A program made the translations under genes and the position numbers. The notes beneath the pieces are model-generated. The model was not told where the DNA came from. It saw nothing but the letters and a program-made list of their open reading frames with translations, and ran no database searches. A stretch of 64,000 bases of DNA. Source: the human T2T-CHM13v2.0 reference genome, Homo sapiens. Below, piece by piece: positions 63,433 through 64,000 of this stretch (its first letter is position 1; each line of letters begins with the position of its first letter). Where the stretch lies: NCBI GenBank assembly GCA_009914755.4, contig CP068257.2, positions 28,544,001 to 28,608,000 of the forward strand. The letters are read 5' to 3'.

Positions 63433-64000
63433 AATCTGTTTTTTAATCTTTACACTGTCCTCAAGATTCTGAACATGACCATGCCTCAAGGCATTGGTAT
63501 AAGCATTTTCTTGTCATAACTGTTGGTATTTATTCAGTTCCCACTGTGTGGCAGGTAGTGTGTGCCACACAACTATTATCTCTTTAACATTTGCAACAAT
63601 GCCTCAAGACAGCTCATGTATTATCCTACTTTCATAAATGAAGAAAGGTAGTTGGCATTCCATTCTCTTTTTACTATACCAATCACTTTGCATTGGTGAA
63701 TAATAAAAAATATTGATAGAAAACACATATCAGGGACCACTAGTTATTCGGATGATTGTTATCTTTAACCTATGTATAGTTTGATCCATTTTGTCAAATT
63801 TACATTTTAGAAAATATTGAGCTTAATGGTCAGAGAGTTACAATTCTCACCTCCTAGGGTAAAAGGAGCCATCTGTTTATAGGTCCTCATGTCCTCAACC
63901 ACAGGGCAGGGGACTGACCCACCAAGGCAAAACTGATCATTCTAAGGAACAGAGAGCTCATAAGGTTAGCACACCTACCCTGCTTAATGTGCCACATTTA

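Overview
This window is primate (almost certainly human) nuclear genomic DNA, not a prokaryotic locus. It is AT-rich and densely populated with Alu SINEs, L1 LINE fragments, MaLR/MLT1-type LTRs, MIR remnants and microsatellites. It contains no CRISPR arrays, operons, rRNA or tRNA genes. The only protein-coding gene I can support is an intact, intronless claudin-8 (CLDN8) coding sequence on the minus strand at 37115..37792. Its 225-aa product matches human CLDN8 as I recall it. By recall, this would place the window in the chr21q22.11 CLDN17-CLDN8 region, but the paralogue CLDN17 is not in the window. All other ORFs of 60 aa or more in the six-frame track are explained by Alu, L1 or microsatellite sequence, or are short AT-rich chance ORFs. 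I find no evidence of a novel biological system. The observations worth a second look are structural. They include a rearranged L1 cluster with an abrupt strand switch, a convergent inverted pair of young L1PA fragments with about 1 kb of homology, and a minisatellite built of a 33-bp core plus (TA)n tracts. There are also an Alu tail expanded into a 226-bp (GAAA/GGAA)n tract, several young AluY insertions with intact target-site duplications, and the CLDN8 proximal promoter region with two CCAAT boxes and no CpG island. Coordinates of repeats were assigned by eye against remembered consensus sequences. They are approximate to within about 10-30 bp, and no database search was run.
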